Source: the human T2T-CHM13v2.0 reference genome, Homo sapiens. Taken from it: 64,000 nt of DNA. The stretch lies in NCBI RefSeq assembly GCF_009914755.1, contig NC_060942.1. One strand, 5' to 3'. Shown here one piece after another: positions 49,181-62,500 of the stretch. A program made the translations under genes and the position numbers. Below the pieces are notes generated by a model. It saw only the letters and a program-made list of their open reading frames with translations, was not told the origin of the DNA and did no database searches. Each line of letters opens with the position of its first letter. The stretch's first letter is position 1.

Positions 49181-51936
49181 CATTCACTTAGCTTTCAATG
49201 TCTCCAAATTTAGCATATACTGTATATGCAAGCCAACTCAGCTAATGGAACATTTTCCTAGAGAATGGTCCCTTCTATAAATAACTCTCTACTCATGTCA
49301 TATATCACTTTGACCCATATTCAGCCACACATGTATCTTTAAAAATATGTTGAAGTAAGCTACATAGTGCAGGCCACATTCGCTTTAAGGTCTCAAGCTA
49401 CAGAATCACTTTAGATCCCATTTGACACTGTTGCTAAGAGAATAGACAGCAGGCATTACACTCCCACCCCTCCCCTATCACTTGGTTTTTCAAATTTTTA
49501 TTATGTTATTATCTTTATTTCATAAAGAAAATACATACTATATAATACAATATAATATATATTATAAAATAATATAAAAATATAATGATTCATTTTAATT
49601 TTATTATTTGGGGACTAGGCAGGGTTCTCCCTCTCCTTGCTAGTACTTTAGTGTCACCTAGACCCCTGGAAAATCCAAAACCAGCTGACAGTCACTTCCA
49701 AAATTTCAAAACATTAACTGAATTATCATGGATGAGATATCCACACAATACAAAGTAAGATTTCTTTTGACATAGATATTTACATTAAATATATTCAGAA
49801 TAATTGTTTTCACTGGAGCATTGATAGATCAGCCAAAGGCAATTTAATGAGACTATTGTCTGTCCTTGTAAGGGATATTCCCTCTCGGCAGCAAAGGTGG
49901 GACTGGAGCACACTGTATCACTCAGTCTTGTCAGAGGAGATGTTCTGTCACTGATTAAAGAGCTGCATGTCCTGTTTAGTCACAAAAACATTTTATGGGG
50001 AAACCTTGTTTCTGTCTTAATGGATTCAGGCAGTGTAATGAGAGCTACCAAAGTGGACATGAAGAAACCCTTTGAGAGACAGAACATGTCACTTCTCACT
50101 TACTCACTAATGGCAGTCCCTCCCTGGCTGAGCAAGCCCTTCTGGGCAGAGTGGAAGAGTCATTTAAAATGTACCTGTGTTTCTTCCTTCCTTCAAATAC
50201 AGCAAAAGGTGACCCCCAAAAGATATTTTCCTTTTGTTAGAAACACTAAATATGGCATATGTATCTCAGTTTCATCAGCGGGATCTGATGATATAAGACA
50301 AGACCGAAAAATAATACTCCCTTAAATGTGCAGTGCATACTCTGCTTTTTCAAAGCCTATTTCTAGTTCCGAGTTGCTCAAACCTTACAACACACTTGGG
50401 AGTCGATGGGCCAAAAATAAGTCTCTTGCTTGTTTCTGTTACAGATTAGGCCTCCATGGCTTGAGGGACTTACCTGACATCTGTAAGACACCTGATGAAA
50501 GAATGAATAAAGTAGAGTCAGAGCTGGAGGTTCTCCAACTCTTCATTTACTTCTGTGTGTGTGTATGTCTGTGTATGTGTACACACAGACATACACACAT
50601 ATACATATATGCCAATAACAAGTTCGTACCTGCCATGACCAAGCTGCGATGCGTGCAGGGAAAATAATTGTACTATTCAAGGAGAGTCAGGAAAAGGAGG
50701 ACTGAGTTACTGAGAGTGCAGTTTTATTCTATGTCTTTTGCCAATTTGAAGAAGCAACTAATTCATAAACTATATGGTAAGCACATTTAACTGTTCTAGG
50801 ATTTTTCTCATGCTTCATGAAAACAGATCATAGCTGGGAAACCAACTGTAAAATTAAAAGAACTAGATGTTGCCAATAAAGACCATCATTTCAGGAAAAT
50901 AAATTTGTTTCTTGGAAGCTGTTCTTGAATGTGTGCTTGAGGTGCCCACAAGAAAACTAATTCAACCGAGAAACAAATTGATCTTGCTTCACTGGTTTAT
51001 ATGAACAGAGTAAAATACACACCAACAGGTTATATCACTTAATAACTCCTTGTTCCCTATAATGAATCAATGGCAAGATCACCTTGAATTATTGTATTTT
51101 GAAATCATATGTACAAAGTCGCCTAGGACCTCAGTTCATGCACCAAGTTATGGGTTTCATTGAGGACATCTTCAGAGTTAACAGAATCAAAGTGATCAAT
51201 GTTTATGTGGTACTTTATCTATTATATTTGGGAATTTTGTTTCTTGAAGGTTTTTTGTTAAGATATTTGTAACCGTGTGGAGACGAAATAAAATTGTACA
51301 ATTTGATATTGTAGTTGGTGTCTGGAAATGCGTCATTTTACTCAGTGAAGTCATTTTATTGGCTCTTACAGTGAAAAAGGGACATGCATATGCAAAATCA
51401 ATTCTCTTCAGCTTTGAATATTTTCTGATATGCTTTCAAAAGTTACATGCAACTTTTGTAATTAAATAACAGGAGTAGAAATGTGGAGGTTATATTTTCC
51501 ATTCTTCCAACTCGTAAAAGCTACCATTTAGTGCAGTTTCATCATGTAATTTGGGGCCATGATAGGAGGCAGTGGCATAAAGCCTGAAAATCTTCCTGCC
51601 AATGGTTTCTCTAAAGTTCTTCCCCTTTTATGCTCCAGGGTCTGTAACAGATGTCCTTTGACCATGCCAAGTGGTCAAACAGATCCCTATCCAGAAAAGA
51701 GAATGATTTTTCAATTCTGAGTGGAGTGGAGGGAGGGTCACAGATTATCCCTATGCATTTTAAAAGCAAAAAGTTTAATGAGTACAGTAACTAGAAAAAT
51801 TCGGTCCAAGAGTGATGTTTAAACATTAGGGGGTGACAATTCATAAGCTCTTTAAAGCAACCATTTTATAATGCAAAAAAAGCTAAAAAAAAAAAAAACC
51901 AATAAAAATAAAAAATAAAAAATAAACCTTAAATAC

Positions 51937-52729
<793 letters not shown>

Positions 52730-52784
52730 AATACTCATTAAAATAAATCTCTGAATGAAAGTTAGCCGAAAAATTTTATGTGTT

Positions 52785-53120
52785 TATATACCCAGTAATG
52801 GGATTGCTGGGTCAAATGGTATTTCGGGTTCTAGATCCTTGAGGAATCGCGATACTGTCTTCTCCAGTGGTTGAACTAATTTACATTCCCACCAGCAGTG
52901 CAAAAGCATTCCTATTTCTCCACAGCCTTGCCAGCATGGACACAGAGAGGGGAACAACACACACCAAGGCCAGTTGTGGGATGGGGGGTGAGGGCAGGGA
53001 ACTTAGAGGATGGGTCAATAGGTGCAGGAAACCGCCACGGCACACGTACACCTATATAACAAACATGCCTGTTCCGCACATGTATCCTGTTTCTTTTTTT
53101 TAGAAGAAATAAAGAAAAAA
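52785..53120 (+). mobile_element. 5'-inverted short L1 (L1PA8-like)
   Basis: 52785-~52937 is antisense ORF2 end (TATACCCAGTAATGGGATTGCTGGGTCAAATGG). ~52935-53120 is sense 3' UTR (CATGGACACAGAGAGGGGAAC...GAAGAAATAAAGAAAAAA). Confidence 0.88.
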
Positions 53121-54198
53121 TATCTATATCGTGTTATTTTATAAAAAACATTTTATAATTTATTATATTTAGTAATTTATTTTATACTACTATCTTTTCC
53201 TTTGAAAAATATATTTTTAATTCATATTTGTTAGAAATTCAATTTTACAAATTCAAATTGAAATGTGTATGTTTGGTTTGACAATATTTCTTTAGTTATA
53301 ACTGTTTTTTCTAGTTATATTAAACAAATTCCACTAAAAATGATTCCCTTTGTGTTATTTTTTAAAAACAAAATTTTAGCCAAAAGTCGGCTATAAGCAT
53401 AAAATCATAGAATCAGAAGGGACCCAAAATGTCATTTGTCAGGTGGTTTTTCACTATTTTACTACAAAATAATGAGTATATTCTTTACCCCCTGGAGACA
53501 CACTACTTTGAAACAGTTTGCATGTTCCACATGTATTATGAAGAATTATAGTTTTAATATTCAAAGACTCATATCCTAATGTACAGTTAATATTATTGCA
53601 TTAAGAAAAATTATGGTATGTAATATTTTTGTTAATCTGTGTAGTCTTTTTGCAGTATTTTTGTCCATTAAGCCACATGGAATACTGAAAATAACTAATG
53701 AGTTTCCAACAATTTTTATAGAGTACGAATGTAAAACTATTGATCTTTTCCAAATTTACTTATGAATTCCACAATGCTGGATTAACAGATTTGGGAAAGT
53801 TCCTAATTTAAGTAATATGTAACTGAATTTGCGAAGGACGTCTCTAACACAACATTGTCGTTAATATGGTTCAAAAATCCTTACACTTCTCTAGGGCTTC
53901 TTGAGAACTTTCCCTAAACACCGTGCCCTAAGCAGAGACGGGGGTGATTGTGGGTGACTCCAGCTCAAGTTTAATTTTGAAATAGGTTTTAGCTGAATGG
54001 GACTTTAGTTACATAAAAGGGGTGAGTACAAGTTATTGATTCTATGGTGGTTAGTCTTCTTTTGAGATGTATTTCCTTCTTTTATTGCTTTCTTACATGA
54101 GGTCAGTGCAGAAAAGTATATCTGGGGCTGTGTCTTGGTTTGGAGGTGATTTTGAATAGATAAGCTCTAGACTACTGAGGCCCTACTCTCTTTGCCAC

Positions 54199-54674
54199 TG
54201 AAAGACTGAATATACAAAGAGACAATCACCAGATCACATAATAAAAGTAGAACTCTGACCCACAACTTGCAGCAATTAGCATAGGAAACCAACCCAGGAA
54301 GCCAATAATTAACTCTGTAACAATTGGCCCAACATGACCAGGACTTGATTAATAACTAACAACTTCCATAATTTGTGTCCCCACTTTCAATTTAGAACCA
54401 GCAAAGGAAAATCAAATAGGTACCCTTAACCAATCACATAGGATGTCCTGTTGCTAGTTTGCTCTCCAACAGCTTTCTCCATGCAAACAGCTTTCAGTCA
54501 GAGCATATCTGAACCCTTCCCTTTGTCCACTATAAGGTTTTCCCATTTTTCTGCCTACCTTTATGTTTCCGTCAAAATGCTAGTGGTGTGGTGGGGTGGA
54601 GGATTCCTTTGCTATCGCAAGCTCTGAATAATAGCCTTTCCTTGGTCTCATTTGGTTGTTCATTTACCTCCACA
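54199..54674 (+). mobile_element. ERV1-class LTR (MER89/MER90-like)
   Basis: TG...CA termini (TGAAAGACTGA...CCTCCACA), AGAACTCTGACCCACAAC...CCCAGGAAGCCAA, a CCAAT box (AACCAATCACATAGGATG), TATAA and GCAAGCTCTGAATAA. Subfamily is uncertain. Confidence 0.65.
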
Positions 54675-54826
54675 CCTTTGACTTAAAATGCAGTAGTTTA
54701 ATTCCAATTAGGATAAAGTTTCGAATCTGTTTTTACTTAGTTCCTTGAATTAGAGACAAAAAAAAATGTTCCCAGGATTGATAATGGTTCAGTTAATTTC
54801 ACCAGAATTATAACAATCTGTATTTT

Positions 54827-54863
54827 ACACACACACACACGCATGCACGCGCACACACACACA
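54827..54863. repeat. Alternating purine-pyrimidine tract (CA)n/CGCATGCACGCG
   Basis: Read directly. Confidence 0.95.
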
Positions 54864-54869
54864 TTCTAA

Positions 54870-57235
54870 GAGGGTGGGAAATAAATCCAACTAAATAAGT
54901 GGGAAATAAATCCAACTAAAATTCAGGGAACTTCTACCTCAGTAAAATTTCTAGGGGTCCAGTGGTGTGGGGCTGGTTGAGATATTCCTCCTAAGGTGAA
55001 GGATAAGTTGCTGCATTTGGCCCCTCCTACGACCAAGAAAGAGGCACAATGTCTAGTAGGACTATTCAGATTTTGGAGGTATCACATTCCTTATTTGGGT
55101 GTGTTACCTGACCTATTTATTGAGTGACCTGAAAGGCTTCCAGTTTTGAGTGGGTCCCGTAACAGGAGAAGGCTCTGCAACAGATCCAGGCTGCTGTGCA
55201 AGTTGCCCTGCCACTTGGGCCATATGATCCAGCAGATCCAATGGTGCTTGAGGCTTCAGTGGCAGATAGGGATGCTGTTTGGAGCCTTTGGCAGGCCCCC
55301 ATAGATGAATCACAGCAGAAGCCTCTAGGATTTTGGAGCAAGGCCCTGCCATCTTCTGAAGATAACTACTCTCCTTTTGAGAGACATTTCTTGGCCTGTG
55401 ATTGGGCTTTGGTGGAAACTGAATGTTTGACTATGAGTCATCATGTCACCATGCGACCTGAACTGCCTATCATAACTGGGTGCTTTTGGACCCATCTAGC
55501 CATAAAGTGGGTTGTGCACAGCAGTATTCCATCATTAAATGGAAGTGGTATATATGTGATTGGGCTTGAGCAGGTCTTGAAGGCAAAAGTAAGTTACATG
55601 AGGAAGTGGCTCAAATGCTGATGGTCTCCACTCCTGCCACCCTGCCTTCTCTCCTTCAGCATACACCAGTGGCCTCACAGGGAGTTCTCTATGTTCAACT
55701 GGCAGAGGAAGAGATGACTAGGGCCTGGCTCACAGAGGGTTCTGCATGATATGCAGGCACCACTGAGAGTGGACAGCTTTAGCACTAAAGCCTCTTTCTA
55801 AGACATCCCTGAAGGACAGCGGTGAAGGGAAATCTTCCCAGTGGGCAAAACTTCAAGCAGTGCACCTGGTAGTGTACTTTCCATGGAAGGAGAAATGGCC
55901 AGATGTGCATTTATATATTAATTCATGGGCTGTAGTCAATGGTTTGATTGGTTGGTCAAGGACTTGGAACAAGCATGATTGGAAAATTGGTGACAAAAAA
56001 ATCTGGGGAAGAGGTATGTGGATAGAACTCTCTGAGTGGTCAAAAACTGTGAATATATTTGTATCCCATGTGAGTGCTCACCAACGGGTGACCTCAGCAG
56101 AGAAGGATTTTAATAATCAACTGGACAGGATGACCTGTTCTGTGGACACCACTCAACCTCTTTCCCCAGCCACTCCTGTCATCTCCCAGTGGGCCCATGA
56201 ACAAAGGGGCCATGGTGGCAGAGATGGTGGTTCAGTACCATGGACTTCCACTCTCCCAGACTGACCTGGCTATGGCCACTGCTGAGTGCCCAATTTGCCA
56301 GCAGCAGAGACCAACACTGAGCCCTTGTATGGCACCATTCCTTGGGGTGATCAGCCAGTTACCTGGTGGCAGGTTGATTATATTGGACTTCTTCCATCAT
56401 GGAAAGGGCAGAGGTTTGTCCACACTGGAAAAGACATTTACTCCAGATATGGGTTTTCCTATCCTGCACGCAATGCTTCTGCCAAGACTACCACCCATGG
56501 ACTCATGGAATGCCTTATCCACTGTCATGGTAGTCCAGACAGCATTGCCTCTGACCAAGGCACTCACTTATGGCTAAAGAAGTACAGCAGTGGGTTCATG
56601 TTCATGAAATTCACTGGTCTTACCATGTTCCCCATCATCCTAAAGCAGCTGGATTGACAGACTGGTCAAATGAACTTTTGAATTCACAATTACACCAACT
56701 AGGTGACAGTACTTTGCAGGGCTGGGGCAAAGTTCTTCAGAAGGTGGTGTGTGCTCTGAATCAGGGTCCTGACCCAGACCCTTCAGGAATGAAGATTTGG
56801 GTCACTCCACCAAGAAAATACCATGACCTGCTGAGGTGCTTGATGAAGACAAAGGGAATACAGAATAGGTAGTAGAAGAAAGTAGTCATCAATACCAGCT
56901 ACAACCACATGACCAGCTGCAGAAACGAGGACTGTAGTTGTCATGAGTATTTCCTCCTTCTGTTAAAAACATGACTGTGGATATATACACTTGTACTAAG
57001 AAATATCTTCATTTTATTTCCTTTCTCCTTTATCATGTGACATAAGATTTATTAACTTCACATGAACATTTAGGTATTGTTAACTTTATGTAACAGTATT
57101 TGGGTTGGTGATTGGTGCGTTTCCAGTTGTATGAAGGATAGTTGTATTATGTTAGGCATAATTATGACCTTATTATTGTCTTTATTTGAAGATTGCATAT
57201 GATCTCAGGAGATGTATATGGGTTCAAGTGGGACT
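54870..57235 (+). pseudogene. HERV-L internal remnant: decayed pol (RT C-terminus, RNase H, integrase)
   Basis: ORFs show ALPLGPYDPADPMVLE..WQAP..PLGFWSKALP (RT tether), LYINSWAVVNGL..HVSAHQ (RNase H), WAHEQRGH..CPICQQ (IN HHCC) and WQVDYIG..IASDQGTH..HPKAAGL (IN core). There are multiple stops and frameshifts. Confidence 0.93.
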
Positions 57236-57494
57236 TGTGATGGATAGTTGCCAAAGGAGATTAACATTTGAGTCAGTGGGTTGGGAAAGGCAGAACCACC
57301 CTTAATCTGGATGGGCACGTGTGTATATATACACACATATATATATACACATGGTATATGAATATGTGTGTATATATACACACATATATATATACACATG
57401 GTATATGAATGTGTGTGTATATATGTGTGTGTGTATATATATGGTATATGGGTGTGTATATATATGGTATATGGGTATATATATATGCTATATG

Positions 57495-57533
<39 letters not shown>

Positions 57534-57581
57534 GTATGCATTCCATTGGTTCTTTCCCTCTAGAGAACCCTTACCAATACA
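57236..57581 (+). mobile_element. MLT2A 3' LTR (internally deleted, microsatellite-expanded)
   Basis: Follows the PPT-like GTGGGACT. It reads TGTGATGG..GTTGCCAAAGGAGATTAACATTTGAGTCAG...CTCTAGAGAACCCTTACCAATACA. Confidence 0.9.
57318..57538. repeat. Complex (TA)/(TG)/(CA) microsatellite with an ATGGTATATG motif
   Basis: Read directly; explains the ORFs at 57205-57601. Confidence 0.95.
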
Positions 57582-58239
57582 CTTTGTATGATCTACTTTG
57601 AGGTGGTTCTATGTTGAATTGTTATTTTTAGGGGGGGTCTTGGGTGATGAATATTCCTGTTGAAACTAGTTTTTCAAATGCCCATGGGTTATGTTAAAAT
57701 GAGGACTATTTTAAGCTTTTATTTTATTTGTCCCACTGCATTGTCCATCTGTCAAAATTTATCAAAGCCAAGAACTCATACTGCTGCAATGAATTTGTAA
57801 AGTCAAGTCCAAGAAAAATAATCTGGAGAGAATGATAAAACATTCAAACTTGTTATTTTAAAAGTTAATATTCAGCATATAGTCACAGATACACATAAAC
57901 CTTTAAGTGACTTTTTTTTTTTCCAGTGGTGAACAGCAGGAATTTTCAGTTAGTTAAAGTAAAAGCACAATCTTGGGGACATTTGGGTTCATCTCACAGA
58001 CATAAAAAGCTGTAAAATAGCACAATTCTCACCTTTGTAACAAGAATAAAGGTGGACAAACAGTACATTAATGACTTTTATTAGGATTATCAGTGAACTG
58101 AGGTTACAGGGTAAACAGCAATCATGATAGAGAGAGACAGGCCCCTGAGAGGAGTAGGAAAATCTGGGCATTTTTTTACCTCGGTCAGATTCCACCTAAT
58201 AACATACAAGCTTGTAAATGAATTTAAGTAGACATTTGG

Positions 58240-59562
58240 AAAGGATAGCTAAAAGTAAACCTTGGCCCACTGTGGGAGTATGGAACCTCTCATGGATATA
58301 TGGGAGTTCACACACTCCTGCAGAGTTTTACTCCAGAAACCTCATCAAGTGCCAATGGAAAAGATTTGAGGGAATTCTGAGAAAACCCTCTCACTGCCAA
58401 AACCCATCACCTACATCTCTTAAAGAATAAAAGCATTAATCTGGACAGAAAATGGCATAAATACTTGTAACGTAATGGCACTGGTGGAACCCCATAGCAG
58501 CTACAATTGAGCTGAGGAATGGAGCCAACTAATGAAAATTCCCACACCTATCTCCTCTATTGTTATGTAGGAAAAATTGCCTAATCCTTCTGGGGGATGC
58601 GAAATGCAGCACAATTGTAGTCTGGGGGTACTGTAGGAAATACATTGCAGCTGGGACAAGGAGATGGGGAAACAGAGGAAACAAAAAAAAAACTTTTTCC
58701 TTGTAAGTGGAGCAGAATAAATGCTATATTCAACATTACATGTGGAAGAGAGGCAGCAATTTTTTGAAGACCACACCCCAAGAGCAGGTTCACAGTGCCT
58801 GCCTAAGATGAAGGCTCAAACAGAATATCAGATAACATACTCACTCCTGTACCCCCACTATCATGCTAACAAGTATAAAGTAAAAATCACAGTGTAATAC
58901 ACCTGGGAGAAATGGGAGAAGCAGACTTCCTTTGGAGAGTAGTACAAAGGGAAGATTCCAAACCTGGTGGCAAAAAAAAAAAAAAAAAAAAAAAGAAAGA
59001 AAGAAAGTATCAGTACAGGAATTAGAAGACTCTGGTATTCCGAATGTACCCAGGGCAACAATAAATGTCAAATAAAGCCCCATTCCTGACTATATTATCA
59101 AAAATACCCACACTAAAGATCTAACAGAAGGAAAAATATGCTGAATTCCAAGCATTATGAGATATATGAAAAGGCAAGAAAAACACACATTCTAAAGAGA
59201 TAAAAAAAACATTAGAACAAGACTCAGATATGGAAAGACATTGGAACTATCAAGCAGGGCATTTAAAATAACTAAGACTAATAAGAGAATAATAAGTTGT
59301 AAGAGAAAAGGCAACAACATGCAAGATCAGATAAACAGTCTCAGCAGAGAGATAGAACCTATAAGAAAACATCAAATATAAATGTTAGAATTCAAAATGT
59401 ACAATAAGTGAAAAAATCTCTTCTATGTTATGAGTACATTTGACACATCTGAGGAAAAGATCTGAGACCACAAAGATAGGTCAAAAGAAATTGCTGATTC
59501 GAATACAAAACTATACAAAAGGAGAACAAGAAAAGAACAGGACCTCTAAAAAGTGTGGGATA
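58240..59562 (+). mobile_element. Old L1M 5' region and ORF1 fragment
   Basis: AAAAGGCAAGAAAAACACAC...AGAACAAGACTCAGATATG...TTGGAACTATCAAGCAGGG...TGAGGAAAAGATC...GTGTGGGATAA. The left boundary is uncertain. Confidence 0.7.
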
Positions 59563-62500
59563 AGGGGTTGAGTTCTTGATTTGAGTCTCAGCTTGGTCAC
59601 TGTTGGTGTATAGCAGAGCTGCTGATTTGTGTACATTAATTTTGTATCTTGACATTTGCTGAATTCATTTATCAGTTCTAGAAGCTTTTTGGATGAGTCT
59701 TTAGGATTTTCTAGGTATACGATCATATAATCAGCAAACAGTGACAGTTTTACTTCCTCTTTATGGATTTCTATGCCCTTTATTTCTTTCTCTTGTCTGA
59801 TTGCTCTGGCTAGGACTTCCAGTACTGTGTTGAATAGCAGTGGTGCAAGTGGGAATCCTTGTTCCAGTTCTTAGAGAGAATGCTTTCAAGTTTTCCCCAT
59901 TCAGTATAATATTGGCTGTGGGTTTATTGTAGATGGCTTTTATTACCTTAAGTTATGTCCCTTCTTTGTTGATTTTGCTGAGGGTTTGAATCATAAAGTG
60001 ATGCTGGAGTTTGTCAAATGCTTTTTCTGCATCTATTGAGATGATCATGTGATTTTTATTTTTAATTCCGTTTATGTGGTGTATCACATTTATTGACTTA
60101 ACATATGTTAAACCCATCCTGCATCTCTGGTATGAAACCCACTTGATCATAGTGGAGTATCATTTTGCTATGCTGTTGGATTCGGTTCACTAGTATTTTG
60201 TTGATGACTTTTGCATCTATGTTTATCAGGGATATTGGTCTGTAGTTTTTTTGTTGTTGTTGTTATGTCCTTTCCTGGTTGTGGTATTAGGGTAATACTG
60301 GCTTCATAGAATGTTTTCGGGAGAATTCCTTCTTTCCCTATTTTTTGGAATAGTGTCAATAGAATTGGTACCAATTCTTTGAATGTCTGATAGAATTCCT
60401 GGACTTTTCTTGGGCAATTTTTTTTATTAGCATTTCAATCTCACTGTTTGCTATTGGTCTGTTCAGAGATTCTGTATCTTCCTGGTTTAATCTAGGAGGG
60501 TTCATATGTCCAGGAATTTATTCATCTCCTCTAGGCTTTCTAGTTTATGCCTGTAAAGGTGTTCATAGTAGCCTTGAATAATCTTTTGTATTTCTGTGGT
60601 ATCAATTGTAAAATCTCCTGTTTCATTTCTAATTGAGCTTATTTGGATCTTCTCTCTTCTTTCCTTGGTTGATCTCGCTAATGGTCTATCAATTTTATTT
60701 ATCTGTTCAAATAATGAGCTTTTTGTTTCATTTATCTTTTGTGTTGTTTTCTTTGTTTCAATTTCATTAATTCTGCCCTGATCTTTGTTATTTCTTTTCT
60801 TCGCTGAGTTTGGGTTTAAATTGTTCTTCTTTCTCCAGTTCTGTGAGAAGTGACCCTAGATTGTCTATTTGTGCTCTTTCAGATGTTTTTATGTAGGCAT
60901 TTAAGGCTATAAACTTTCCTATTAGCACCACTTTGGCTGTATTCCAGAGGTTTTGATAGGTTGTGCCATTATTATAAGTCCGTTCCAATAATTTTTAAAT
61001 TTCCATCTTGATTTTATTGTTGAACCAATAATCATTCAGAAGCAGGTTATTTAATTTTCATTTATTTGCATGGTTTTGAGTTTTCCTTTCGGAGTTGATT
61101 TCCAGTTTTATTTCACTGTGGTCAGACAGAGTACTTCATATAATTTCAATTTTTTTTTTTAATTTGCTGAGACTTGTTTTGTGGCCCATGATATGATCTA
61201 TCTTGGAGAATGTTCCCTGTGCTGATGAATAGAATATATAGTCTGCAATTGTTGGACATAATGTTCCGTAAATATCTGTTAAGTCTATTTGTTGTAGGCT
61301 ATAGTTTAAGTCCATTGTTTCTTTGTTTGCTTCCTGTCTTAATGACCTGTCTAGTGTTGTCAGTGGAGTATTAAAGTCCCTCACTATTATTGTCTTGACA
61401 TCTATCTCATTTCTTAGGTCTGGTACTAATTTGTGAGCTTCAGTGGTAAGTGCATATATATTTAGAATTGTGATATTTTCCTTTTGGACTAGTCCTTTTA
61501 TCAATATATAATGTCCTTCTTTGTCTGTTTTAACTGTTGTTGCTTTAAAATTTGTTTTGTCTGATATAAGAATAGCTACTTCTGCTCACTTTTTGTGTCC
61601 ATTTGCATAAAATATCTTTTTCTACCCCTTTACCTTAAGTTTACTTGAGACCTTATGTATTAAGTGAGTCTCCTGAAGAGAGCAGAAACTCGGTTGGTAA
61701 ATTCTTACCCATTCTGCTATTCTATATCCTTTAAGTGGAGCATTTAGGCCATTTATGTTCAATGTTAGTATTGAGATGTGAGGTACTATTCTATTCATTG
61801 TGCAATTTATTGCCAGAATACCTTGTTTTTCTCATGTGTTATTGTTATATAGGTCCTGTGAGATTTATGCTTTAAGGAGATTCTATTTTGGTGTATTTTG
61901 AAGATTTGTTTAAAAATTTAGAGCTTATTTTTACCAGTTCTTATAGTGCTGGCTTGGTAGTTAATTCTCTCAGCATTTGTTTATCCAGAAATCTTGTATC
62001 TTCCTTCATTTATGAAGCTTAGTTTCACTGGATACAAAATTATTGGCTGATAATTGTTTTCCTCAAAAAGGCTGAAGATAGGGCCCCAATCCCTTCTAGC
62101 TCGTAGGGTTTCTGCTGAGAAATCTGCTGTAAATATGATAGATTTTCCTTTGTAGATTACCTGATGCTTTTGCCTCAAGCTCTGAAGATTCTTTTCTTCA
62201 TCTTGACTTTAGATAACCTGGTGACTACATGCCTAGGTGATGATCTTTTTGTAATGATTTTCCCAGGTGCTCTTTGAGCTTTTTGTATATGGAAGGCCAG
62301 GTAAGTTTTCCTTGATTATTTCCTCAGATATGTTTTCCATACTTTTAGCTTTCTCTTCTTTCTTGGGAACATCAGTTATTCTTAGGTTTGAATGTTTAAC
62401 ATAGACCCAAACTTCTTGGGGGCTTTGTTCATTTTTTTAAAATTCTTTTCTCTTGGTCTTTGATAAATCATGTTAATTTGAAAGCCTTGTCTTTGAGCTC

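Noticed and set aside
49897-50667. Adjacent 142 aa and 113 aa ORFs
   Set aside because: There is no recognisable domain, the first starts at GTG, and the second runs through degraded MIR-like and (TG)/(CA) sequence. No convincing splice structure is present.
55196-56872. Functional or domesticated retroviral pol/integrase gene
   Set aside because: It is split across frames by several stops and frameshifts, and catalytic residues are altered.
57205-57601. Four Y/I/C/V/H-rich ORFs
   Set aside because: They are translations of a dinucleotide microsatellite.
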